Of a stretch of 34,945 bases of DNA, positions 8,444-15,928 are shown piece after piece (the first letter of the stretch is position 1; every line of letters starts with the position of its first letter). The position numbers and the translations under genes are program-made. The DNA lies in contig CAZRJS010000007.1 of NCBI GenBank assembly GCA_964600565.1, positions 1-34,945 on the forward strand, read 5' to 3'. Source of the stretch: Candidatus Woesearchaeota archaeon (lineage in GTDB: Archaea; Nanobdellota; Nanobdellia; Pacearchaeales; GW2011-AR1). The notes below the pieces were generated by a model. That model was not told where the DNA came from. It was given only the letters and a program-made list of their open reading frames with translations, and searched no databases.

Positions 8444-9216
8444 TGAAAGATATTCAAAATCAAAAAGAATTTAGGGGGATTAGACTAAATGAAGTTGGGA
8501 TTAAACATATAAAGTTGCCTGTAAGAATTTTAGATAAAGGTAAAAAAGTTCAACATACTATTGCAGAATTTCATCTTGTTGTTTCATTAGATAAAAATAA
8601 AAGAGGAACTCATATGAGTAGATTTGTTGAAATTTTAGATGAATATATTAAAAAAGATTTAAATTTAAAAGTATTAGGAGAAATTGTTTCTGAAATGAAA
8701 AAAAGATTAGAAGCAATTGATTCTAAAATTATTATGAAATTCCCCTATTTTAAACGAAAAATGTCTCCCATATCAAGGAAAGAATCGATTTTAAATTACG
8801 AATGTTGTTTCACTTGTACTGGAAAAAATTTTGAAGATAAGATTATTGAGGTAAATGTTCCAATAACTACTTTATGTCCTTGTAGTAAAGAAATAAGTAG
8901 ATTTGGAGCCCATAATCAGAGAGGTTTTGCTAGGGTGAGAATTATTTCTTCAAAAAATATTTGGATAGAAGATATAATTAATCTTGTAGAAAAAGAAGCA
9001 AGTTGTGAGATATTTCCTTTATTGAAGAGGGTTGATGAAAAATATGTGACAGAAAAAGCGTATATGAATCCAAAATTTGTTGAAGATGTTGTAAGAGATG
9101 TTGTAAAGAAGTTGAAAAAAAATAAATCGATAATAAGTTATGAAATTGGATTATTAAACAACGAAAGTATTCACCTCCATGATGCTTATGCTTCAGTTTC
9201 AGGAGAAGTAAAATGA
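8440..9216 (+). CDS. folE2: GTP cyclohydrolase IB (FolE2/MptA family)
   Basis: 258 aa. GTHMSRF, TLCPCSKEIS and GAHNQRG motifs are typical of FolE2/MptA. 4-nt ATGA overlap with queE. Confidence 0.85.
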   Translation: MMKDIQNQKEFRGIRLNEVGIKHIKLPVRILDKGKKVQHTIAEFHLVVSLDKNKRGTHMSRFVEILDEYIKKDLNLKVLGEIVSEMKKRLEAIDSKIIMKFPYFKRKMSPISRKESILNYECCFTCTGKNFEDKIIEVNVPITTLCPCSKEISRFGAHNQRGFARVRIISSKNIWIEDIINLVEKEASCEIFPLLKRVDEKYVTEKAYMNPKFVEDVVRDVVKKLKKNKSIISYEIGLLNNESIHLHDAYASVSGEVK

Positions 9217-10892
9217 AGTATGTTTTAGGTGTAAATGCAGGATTAGAAAGAACCCATGATTCTTCAGCATGTTTATTCAGAAAGGGTAAGTTAATTGCAT
9301 TTGCTGAGGAAGAAAGATTTATAAGAAAAAAACATGCTTATAATCTTCTGCCTCATAATGCAATCAGATTTTGTTTGAATGAAGGAAAAATTGATGTTAA
9401 TGAAATAGAAAAGATAGCAGTTTCATGGGATTTTCCTAAATTTTATAGTCAGATTGGTAAAAAATTTCCTTCAAAAAATAATTTTAAAAAAAAATTATTC
9501 CCAAAAAAATATTATAAAAAGGTTAGTGCAGAAATTGTTTATGTGAATCATCACTTAGCACATGCTTCAAGTGCTTTTAGGTGTTCTGGATTTAATAAAT
9601 CTGCTGTTTTGATAATAGATGGTCAGGGAGAAGATTTTTCTACTAGTATTTGGGTTGGAGAAGGAAAGAAAATAAAATTTGTAAAAGGTTTCGATATATT
9701 TCATTCAATAGGCTATTTATATGAAGCTGCTAGTAAATATCTTGGTTTTAGATTAGACCAATCTGGAAAAACAATGGGTCTTTCTGCATATGGAAAGAAA
9801 AAATATGATTTTGAAGATTTGATCAAATTTATTCCTGAAGGTTATATATTGAATATTAAAGAAAAACTTTATCAAGAAATTGACTTTCAAAAGATTGTAT
9901 CTGATTCTTTTATTAAATACTTTGAAAAAAAAATTGGCCCAAAAAATAAAAGAATTTATCTATGGGATGAAAGAGATAGTATTATAGATAATAAAGTTTA
10001 TCTTAATAGAGAAGATGAAAATTTTGCTGCTTCTATTCAAGAGATAATTAATAGATTATTTATTCATCTTTCAAAAATTGCATTAAAATTAACAGGCACG
10101 TCAAAATTGTGTATTGCTGGAGGAGTTGGTTTGAATTGTGTAGGAAATGGCAAAATATTAGAAGAAAATATTTGTGATGAACTTTATGTACAACCTATAG
10201 CAAATGATGCTGGGACAAGTATTGGGGCAGCAATGGAGATTTTATCTAATGAAGGAGAAGATATTAATTTTAAAATGGATGACGTATACTATGGTCCAAA
10301 TTTCTCAAATAAAGAAATAGAAAAAATAATTGAAAAGAATAAATTAAATTATGAATACCTTAATAATCCTTCAAAGACTGTGGCCAAAATGATTTATGAG
10401 GGAAAAATTATAGGTTGGTTTCAGGGAAAAATGGAAGGTGGTCCTCGAGCATTAGGTAATCGGAGTATTCTAGCTGATCCAACTAACCCTAAAATAAAGG
10501 ATTTTGTTAATGAAGTAAAATTTAGAGAAAAATGGAGGCCACTTTGTCCAAGCATAATTGAAGAAGTAAAAGAAAAGTATCTTGAATTTCCTTATGATTC
10601 CCCGTTTATGACAATTAATTTTAAGATAAAAAAAGATAAGATAGAAAAAATTCCTTCAGCAGTTCATATTGATGGTACCGCAAGGGTACAGACAGTTAGT
10701 AAAAAAACCAATGCCCTCTATTGGGATTTAATAAGTGAGTTTGGAAAATTATCTGGAGAACAAGTTATCCTAAATACTTCAATGAATTCTAAAGGAGAAC
10801 CAATTGTATGTAGTCCTAATGATGCTATAAAGAATTTTTATACTTCTCAAATGGATGCATTGGTAATGGGTAATTATCTTATTGAAAAATGA
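9213..10892 (+). CDS. NodU/CmcH/TobZ-family carbamoyltransferase
   Basis: 559 aa. N-terminal LGVNAGLERTHDSSACLF and VNHHLAHASSAF (ASKHA/Kae1-like metal site), plus a C-terminal GPRALGNRSILADP motif. 4-nt overlap with folE2. Confidence 0.85.
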   Translation: MKYVLGVNAGLERTHDSSACLFRKGKLIAFAEEERFIRKKHAYNLLPHNAIRFCLNEGKIDVNEIEKIAVSWDFPKFYSQIGKKFPSKNNFKKKLFPKKYYKKVSAEIVYVNHHLAHASSAFRCSGFNKSAVLIIDGQGEDFSTSIWVGEGKKIKFVKGFDIFHSIGYLYEAASKYLGFRLDQSGKTMGLSAYGKKKYDFEDLIKFIPEGYILNIKEKLYQEIDFQKIVSDSFIKYFEKKIGPKNKRIYLWDERDSIIDNKVYLNREDENFAASIQEIINRLFIHLSKIALKLTGTSKLCIAGGVGLNCVGNGKILEENICDELYVQPIANDAGTSIGAAMEILSNEGEDINFKMDDVYYGPNFSNKEIEKIIEKNKLNYEYLNNPSKTVAKMIYEGKIIGWFQGKMEGGPRALGNRSILADPTNPKIKDFVNEVKFREKWRPLCPSIIEEVKEKYLEFPYDSPFMTINFKIKKDKIEKIPSAVHIDGTARVQTVSKKTNALYWDLISEFGKLSGEQVILNTSMNSKGEPIVCSPNDAIKNFYTSQMDALVMGNYLIEK

Positions 10893-11674
10893 AATTAACA
10901 ATATTAATTCCAGTATCAGATGATATAAGAATAAAAAGATGTATTGAAAGCATTGACGAAGATGTAGAAATTATTATTATTTTTAATTTTCCTTCAAAAG
11001 AAGTAAAAACAATAATAAAAAATTTATCAGAAAAATATAATCTTTTAACTACAGAAATAAATGAAAGAAATCTTGCAAAAGCATATAATCTTGGAACAGT
11101 TATGGCATTAAATAATAATATTCTGCTTATGGATTCTGACTGTATTTTTGAAAAAAATACAATTAAGAAATTACAAAAAGGTATGGATAAAAATTTTTTA
11201 TCAAAAGGGAGAGTTATTTATCAAACTTCTGGATTTATTAGTAGAATAATTGCGGGACTAAGAAATTACATTACTGTTGATAGAATTTCTGCGTTTAGTC
11301 CTCCTTTAATATTCAGCAAAAAAATTAAAAAGAAAATAAAAGGATATTATTTTTATGAAAAGTTATGCTGGATAGAAGATGCTGAATTTAATGAACGTGT
11401 TCAAAATGCCAAAGTTAAAATTTCTTATGATTCTTCTGCAGTTATTTATCATGATAAACTTACATTAAAAGAAGATTTAAGGAGTTCATATAGATATGGT
11501 ACTGGAAGAGCAATTGCAGATAAAGAAAAATTATTTAAAAATGAAATAAGGAGGGGTAATTCTAAGGACTTCCTTAATATTTTTAAAAAGAAGGGTTTTC
11601 TAATAGCTAGTTATTCTTTAGTTTGGAATATATTCTTTAGATTTGGATATAAAAAAGAAATGAAAAATAATTAA
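10889..11674 (+). CDS. Family 2 glycosyltransferase (GT-A fold)
   Basis: 261 aa. LTILIPVSDD start, NLAKAYNLGTVMALNNNILLMDSDC (DxD-type). 4-nt overlap with the carbamoyltransferase gene. Its stop shares TTAA with the stop of the convergent queC. Confidence 0.7.
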   Translation: MKLTILIPVSDDIRIKRCIESIDEDVEIIIIFNFPSKEVKTIIKNLSEKYNLLTTEINERNLAKAYNLGTVMALNNNILLMDSDCIFEKNTIKKLQKGMDKNFLSKGRVIYQTSGFISRIIAGLRNYITVDRISAFSPPLIFSKKIKKKIKGYYFYEKLCWIEDAEFNERVQNAKVKISYDSSAVIYHDKLTLKEDLRSSYRYGTGRAIADKEKLFKNEIRRGNSKDFLNIFKKKGFLIASYSLVWNIFFRFGYKKEMKNN

Positions 11675-12315
11675 TTTAAATATTCTGTTCTGTCAATCTT
11701 TCCCGCTTTTTTAAATGCCGCTTTACGTTCTTTACAACTTCTGCATTTACCACATTGTTTTTTAAAATTTTTATAGCAACTCCAAGAATGATATAAAGGG
11801 AATTCCGAATTAATTTTAATCATTTGGTATTTATTTTTATTTACAAATGGTTGTTTTAATTTTATTTTGTCATAAGAACTGTATTTTAATACTTTGTTAA
11901 AAAGATTTCCAAATTTAAAATTATTATCTGGAAAAGAGTCTTCTTTAGTACTACCTAACCAGACTTCACTAATCTTATAATTTACTCCAAATGAAGAAGC
12001 TAAGCTTAGAAATAGAAGATTTCTTAATGGAACCCATTCTTTTTTCTTATTTTTTGATTTTCCTTGCATAAAAGAATTAGTGAATCCTAGATTAATTTTT
12101 CTATTTATTAAAGTTATTCTTATATCCTTAGATTTTTTCTTATTTTCTTTGATGAATTTTTTAAGTGCTTCTAATTCTTTTTTAAAATTTTTTTGACCAT
12201 AATTAAAAAAAATAAGAACGGGTTCTCTCTTTTTTAATATAGCTTTAGATATTAAACATACTGAATCTAATCCCCCTGAAGTTAAAATTAATACTTTCTC
12301 AGGCTTTCTTTTCAT
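11671..12315 (-). CDS. queC: 7-cyano-7-deazaguanine synthase-like PP-loop ATPase (QueC paralog 1)
   Basis: 214 aa. PP-loop LILTSGGLDS, NYGQKN, VPLRNLLFLSLA, and the C-terminal four-Cys zinc cluster SCYKNFKKQCGKCRSCKERK. Confidence 0.8.
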   Translation of the reverse strand: MKRKPEKVLILTSGGLDSVCLISKAILKKREPVLIFFNYGQKNFKKELEALKKFIKENKKKSKDIRITLINRKINLGFTNSFMQGKSKNKKKEWVPLRNLLFLSLASSFGVNYKISEVWLGSTKEDSFPDNNFKFGNLFNKVLKYSSYDKIKLKQPFVNKNKYQMIKINSEFPLYHSWSCYKNFKKQCGKCRSCKERKAAFKKAGKIDRTEYLN

Positions 12316-13045
12316 ATTTTGTGTCTTTTAGGTTTAATCTTTTGAATATTAGCCTTCTTCTAACGCAATGTTGGCATTCTCCACATTGGGGAGAGGTTCC
12401 TTTAAGGCAGTTATAAGTTAGATGTAAGGGAACTTTCAATTTAACTCCTAGTTTAATAACGTCTTCTTTTGTCATTTTTTTATCTTGGAATGGGAACTCT
12501 ACTGAAATCCCATTAATATTGCTAAATTTTGAAATTTCTTTTGCTCCATTACACCAAAAAGAGGTTTCATCTGGAAAAGAAAGATTTTCTTTTAATATTG
12601 GGTCTTTTATAGAATAATGAATTATTGAGAAAGCAACTTTATTGTATCCTTCAGCTTCTGCTCCTGCCATTAATTCAGCTAAAAAATATAGATTTCTTGC
12701 AGGAGTCCATAAAAATTCTGCTAGTTTTCTTTCTCTTTCTAAATCATTAAGATCTTCCGGAGTTGTTTTTGGAAATTTACTTTGTTTTCCAACAATCGTT
12801 CCACTTCGATATACTTTTCCGAATTTTTTCAGTCTTTTCAAGTCTATAATTTCATATGAAAAATTTTTATAATTTTTCTGGATAAATGAAGCAATTCTTT
12901 TAATAGCTTTTAATTCCTGAAACTTAATCTTTTGCCCATAATCAAAGTAAATACCTTTTACAGTATATCCTTTTTTCAAATAATCAACAGCTAGAACTGT
13001 GCTATCAATACCGCCTGTAAAAGTCATTCTTACTTTTTTATCCAT
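12299..13045 (-). CDS. QueC-like PP-loop ATPase, divergent paralog 2
   Basis: 248 aa. MTFTGGIDS, FDYGQK, TPARNLYFL, and C-terminal YNCLKGTSPQCGECQHCVRRR. It carries an extra ~20-aa acidic/basic insert (TTPEDLNDLERERKLAEF) relative to paralog 1. Overlaps both neighbours. Confidence 0.7.
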   Translation of the reverse strand: MDKKVRMTFTGGIDSTVLAVDYLKKGYTVKGIYFDYGQKIKFQELKAIKRIASFIQKNYKNFSYEIIDLKRLKKFGKVYRSGTIVGKQSKFPKTTPEDLNDLERERKLAEFLWTPARNLYFLAELMAGAEAEGYNKVAFSIIHYSIKDPILKENLSFPDETSFWCNGAKEISKFSNINGISVEFPFQDKKMTKEDVIKLGVKLKVPLHLTYNCLKGTSPQCGECQHCVRRRLIFKRLNLKDTKYEKKA

Positions 13046-13656
13046 TTTATGTTAAATACTTCTGCATATCCTCCTGGAATCTCGTTTAAAATACCATAAT
13101 ATTCATTTAAGCCTTTAACAGCTCGATCATATCTAATCTTTTTTATTTGGGACTTATATTCATTTATGAGCTTTAGTTTTTTGTCTAAATATTTGCTAAT
13201 ATTTTGTATAAAATTGTATTTAACTAAGGGGGTCCATATACAATATTCAAAAATTTCTTTTGTTCTTTTACAGGGTTTTCCTAATTTTAAAAAGATTGGT
13301 GTTGAAGACATCCAAATAGCTTCTTTTAGAAGTTCGTTGCAAACCTTGTGATCGTGATCTCTTTCAAGTTCATGAGGGATATAAATTGTTTCAGGATTAA
13401 TTTTTCTTATATGTTTTATTAAATTTCCTAAATTTTTTTTGTTATATTGAAAAGGTTCATTTATTTTGAGAAAAGTATAGCTCTTAATTCTTGCTTTTTT
13501 CTGAACTTTTTTTGATTCTTTTTCTCTTATTTTAGAACCAATGTAACCCATGATTATCACATGCACATCATGACCTTCTTCTATCTTTTTTAGAATTGTT
13601 CCACCACAACCGATAATTTCATCATCTGGATGAGGGGCTATTATTAGGATTTTCAT
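13030..13656 (-). CDS. PIG-L/LmbE-family N-acetylglucosaminyl deacetylase
   Basis: 208 aa. N-terminal ILIIAPHPDDEIIGCGGT is the family signature. A downstream HDHKV fits the zinc site. Confidence 0.8.
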   Translation of the reverse strand: MKILIIAPHPDDEIIGCGGTILKKIEEGHDVHVIIMGYIGSKIREKESKKVQKKARIKSYTFLKINEPFQYNKKNLGNLIKHIRKINPETIYIPHELERDHDHKVCNELLKEAIWMSSTPIFLKLGKPCKRTKEIFEYCIWTPLVKYNFIQNISKYLDKKLKLINEYKSQIKKIRYDRAVKGLNEYYGILNEIPGGYAEVFNIKWIKK

Positions 13657-13766
13657 ATACTTGTAAAAAATAAGATATTAATAAAGATATCTTTTATTAT
13701 CTTTAATGAGTTCATTAAGAAAATATTTATTTCATAAAAAGTTATTTATCCATTAAAATAAGGATA

Positions 13767-13801
13767 ATTAATAAAAAATTTCTTATTAATAAAAATTCCA
13801 A
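13767..13801 (+). repeat. 35-nt direct repeat, copy 2
   Basis: See 5955..5989. It lies 111 nt upstream of the PIG-L start; copy 1 lies 103 nt upstream of the 5852 start. Confidence 0.7.
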
Positions 13802-13901
13802 GAGGAAAATTAAATCATATTCATTTTTTAAGTTTGTGAGTATAAAAAGAGAAATATAAAAAGCAAGTTTAATAAAAGATTAGATTTATTTGCCAAAAAT
13901 C

Positions 13902-14708
13902 TTATTTTTTAATAATTAATTTAATCTTATCATAAATTATTAAAATCATCTTTCCAGAAATATTGCTGACTTTTTTTTCAAGAGTTTTATCATTGAGATG
14001 AAATTCTTTTAATAAGGTTTTTGCCTCATTTTTTGTATAACCTTCATTAACAAAAAAAGAGATAATTGCATTTTTTATTTTTCCTTTTCTTTTGAGAATA
14101 AATTTTATAGATTCATTATATTTATCTCCTGTTTTCATTGTTAATTTTAATAACCAGGAATTTACTCTTGGGGGTGGTGAAAAAGAAGATTTTTTCACTT
14201 TTTCTATAATTTTTATATCATAAAAGAGATTAGCAATTATGCCAGATTTAGTTGAATTATCAATTAACAGATTTTTAAAATTTTCTCCAATAATAAAAAC
14301 AATAAAAGGAATATCTGTTATAACTGCCTTAGCAATGATTTTTTCTCCAAGATAATAAGGGATATTTGAAACAATTTTATCATATCCTTCCCAAGAGTAT
14401 TTTGTAGCATCACCATAAATAATCTCTAAATTTTTATATTTATTTTTGATTAATTCCAACTTTTTTTTATATTGTATATCAATCTCAAAACTAAGAACTT
14501 TTTTTGCTTTTTTTGCTAGTTCATTTGTAAGCATACCCTCTCCAGCCCCAATTTCAATAATCTTATCTTTTTTAGACAGGGATGAATTTTCTATTTCCTT
14601 CTTTAAAACCAGTTTATCAACTAAAAAATGTTGCCCTTTTTCTAAATTATTTTTTGAATTTGTTTTGTTCCAAAGAAATATCTTTTTCATATTAATTAAT
14701 ACCCTCAA
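13902..14708 (-). CDS. rRNA adenine dimethyltransferase family protein (KsgA/Erm-like), divergent paralog 2
   Basis: 268 aa. GQHFLVD, IIEIGAGEGMLT, SFEIDIQY, YGDATKY, IVSNIPYYLGEKI. Only distantly similar to paralog 1, judged by eye. Confidence 0.75.
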   Translation of the reverse strand: MRVLINMKKIFLWNKTNSKNNLEKGQHFLVDKLVLKKEIENSSLSKKDKIIEIGAGEGMLTNELAKKAKKVLSFEIDIQYKKKLELIKNKYKNLEIIYGDATKYSWEGYDKIVSNIPYYLGEKIIAKAVITDIPFIVFIIGENFKNLLIDNSTKSGIIANLFYDIKIIEKVKKSSFSPPPRVNSWLLKLTMKTGDKYNESIKFILKRKGKIKNAIISFFVNEGYTKNEAKTLLKEFHLNDKTLEKKVSNISGKMILIIYDKIKLIIKK

Positions 14709-14728
14709 TAGTTTTTAATTTTATCATT

Positions 14729-14793
14729 ATCAGAAACTCGGGGTAATTGTCTGCTGTCTTTAGACAGCAGTTTATCCTTATTTTCTGTATTAA
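14729..14793 (-). repeat. Conserved hairpin element, copy A (candidate ncRNA or operator)
   Basis: The reverse complement matches 33359..33409 at 48/51 nt, and 33459..33470 at 12/12 nt. Contains the perfect palindrome ctgctgtc-ttta-gacagcag (14751-14770). Confidence 0.6.
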
Positions 14794-14881
14794 TTTGCAA
14801 TATTTTAATGTGTGATAAGTTTTAAGCTTGATTAGAATAATATTTATCCTTCTTTCATAGTTAAAGGTTTTGAACAAAAGG

Positions 14882-14891
14882 TTTTTTATAT
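14882..14891 (+). promoter_or_regulatory. TATA-like box upstream of ABC ATPase gene
   Basis: ttttttatat is centred ~25 nt upstream of the likely start at 14912. Confidence 0.3.
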
Positions 14892-14911
14892 CTAATTTAT
14901 GTTATTATAAA

Positions 14912-15619
14912 ATGAAAAAGAGTGAAATTTTGATAAAGCTAAAAGATGTTGAGAAACATTATCGCATAGGAGAAAAGAATATTGTCAAAGCTGTTGATGG
15001 TATAAGTATATCAATAAAAAAAGGGGATTTTGTCGCTGTAATGGGTCCAAGTGGTTCTGGAAAAAGCACATGCATGAATCTTATTGGAAGTTTAGATGTT
15101 CCAACAAAAGGGACTATACATCTTGGAGGAGAAAATATCTCTTATCTTAGCGAGTCTGATTTAGCAGAATTGAGAGGAATGCAAATTGGTTTTATTTTCC
15201 AGCAGTTTAACCTTATACCTAATTTAACTGTTAAAGAAAATGTAATGTTGCCAATGGATTTTCAAAGAATTTCTGGTAGAGAAAAAGAAGAAATTGCAGA
15301 AGAAATTTTAGAGAAAATAGGATTGGAAGAAAGAATGGATTTTTATCCTAATCAACTTTCTGGAGGTCAACAACAAAGAGTTGCAATTGCAAGAGCTCTG
15401 GCAAATAATCCAGAGGTTATTTTAGCAGATGAACCAACAGGAAATCTTGATACAAAAACAGGGCAAAAAGTTATGGATTTTTTAGAAGAATTAAACAAAG
15501 AAGGAAAAACAATAATTATGGTTACTCATGACCCTAATTTAGCAAATGAACATGCAGATATTGTTTATTGGCTTATAGATGGAAAAGTGCAAAAAATAAC
15601 TGGAAAAAAGAGTAAGTAG
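14912..15619 (+). CDS. MacB/LolD-type ABC transporter ATP-binding protein
   Basis: Walker A GPSGSGKST, signature LSGGQQQRVAIARAL, Walker B ILADEPTGNLD. The ORF opens at 14870, but MKKSEILIKLKDV at 14912 fits family N-termini and the TATA spacing. Confidence 0.85.
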   Translation: MKKSEILIKLKDVEKHYRIGEKNIVKAVDGISISIKKGDFVAVMGPSGSGKSTCMNLIGSLDVPTKGTIHLGGENISYLSESDLAELRGMQIGFIFQQFNLIPNLTVKENVMLPMDFQRISGREKEEIAEEILEKIGLEERMDFYPNQLSGGQQQRVAIARALANNPEVILADEPTGNLDTKTGQKVMDFLEELNKEGKTIIMVTHDPNLANEHADIVYWLIDGKVQKITGKKSK

Positions 15620-15733
15620 GGTGAAATAAATTTCTGGGTTTTTAATCTTAGAATGAGAATAAAACTTGTTGATAAATTGTTGAATGTAATTTTTATTTAA
15701 TTATTTTCCCAAGAGGAGATTAAGTAATAGGGT

Positions 15734-15922
15734 TTACTCATTAAATAATCTATTATACATAACATATTTATTAACATAATCTAGTCCAAATTGCAAAAGT
15801 GCATCTCCATTTGCTCTGGTAAATTGTTGATATTGTTTAGCTGAATTAAAATTAAATAAAGTTAAATCTGAAGGCAAGACTCTAGATGAAGTTTGATTCA
15901 TTCCATTAACAATTTCAGACAT
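15734..15922 (-). CDS. Hypothetical (62 aa), in frame with the upstream 82-aa ORF
   Basis: ORF only. Separated from 15929..16177 by TAA plus two codons in the same frame. Confidence 0.25.
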   Translation of the reverse strand: MSEIVNGMNQTSSRVLPSDLTLFNFNSAKQYQQFTRANGDALLQFGLDYVNKYVMYNRLFNE

Positions 15923-15928
15923 AGATGA

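Noticed and set aside
7462-13656. Calling the cluster a Dpd-type 7-deazaguanine DNA-modification/restriction system, or a QueC-containing defence system (Qat, type IV CBASS).
   Set aside because: No DpdA/TGT-like transglycosylase, ParB-like DpdB, DpdC, helicase or nuclease partners, TatD, cyclase or OGG genes are in the cluster. RecQ at 16.2 kb is separated from it and looks like an ordinary RecQ. The DNA-modification idea is kept only as one possible acceptor in the main finding.
13657-13901. AT-rich hairpin aagatat-taataaag-atatctt, and a 13-mer aaaataaggataa shared with the left arm of hairpin element A.
   Set aside because: Short A/T-only matches and stems of this size are expected by chance in spacers of this composition. 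Only the 35-nt repeat in this spacer is statistically convincing by eye.
14743-14793. Hairpin element as a preQ1 riboswitch (tempting because of the nearby que genes) or as a C/D-box or H/ACA guide RNA.
   Set aside because: The loop is only 4 nt, so no H-type pseudoknot or preQ1 pocket can form. The element is not upstream of the que genes, and copy B has no downstream gene in the same orientation. CUGA words are present but there is no RUGAUGA C box. The ACA follows a perfect stem with no pseudouridylation pocket.
14692-14877. 61-aa ORF covering the KsgA2 / ABC ATPase divergent spacer.
   Set aside because: It overlaps the conserved hairpin element (copy A) and the KsgA2 start. The conservation with copy B is at nucleotide and helix level in the opposite orientation, and no equivalent ORF exists at copy B.
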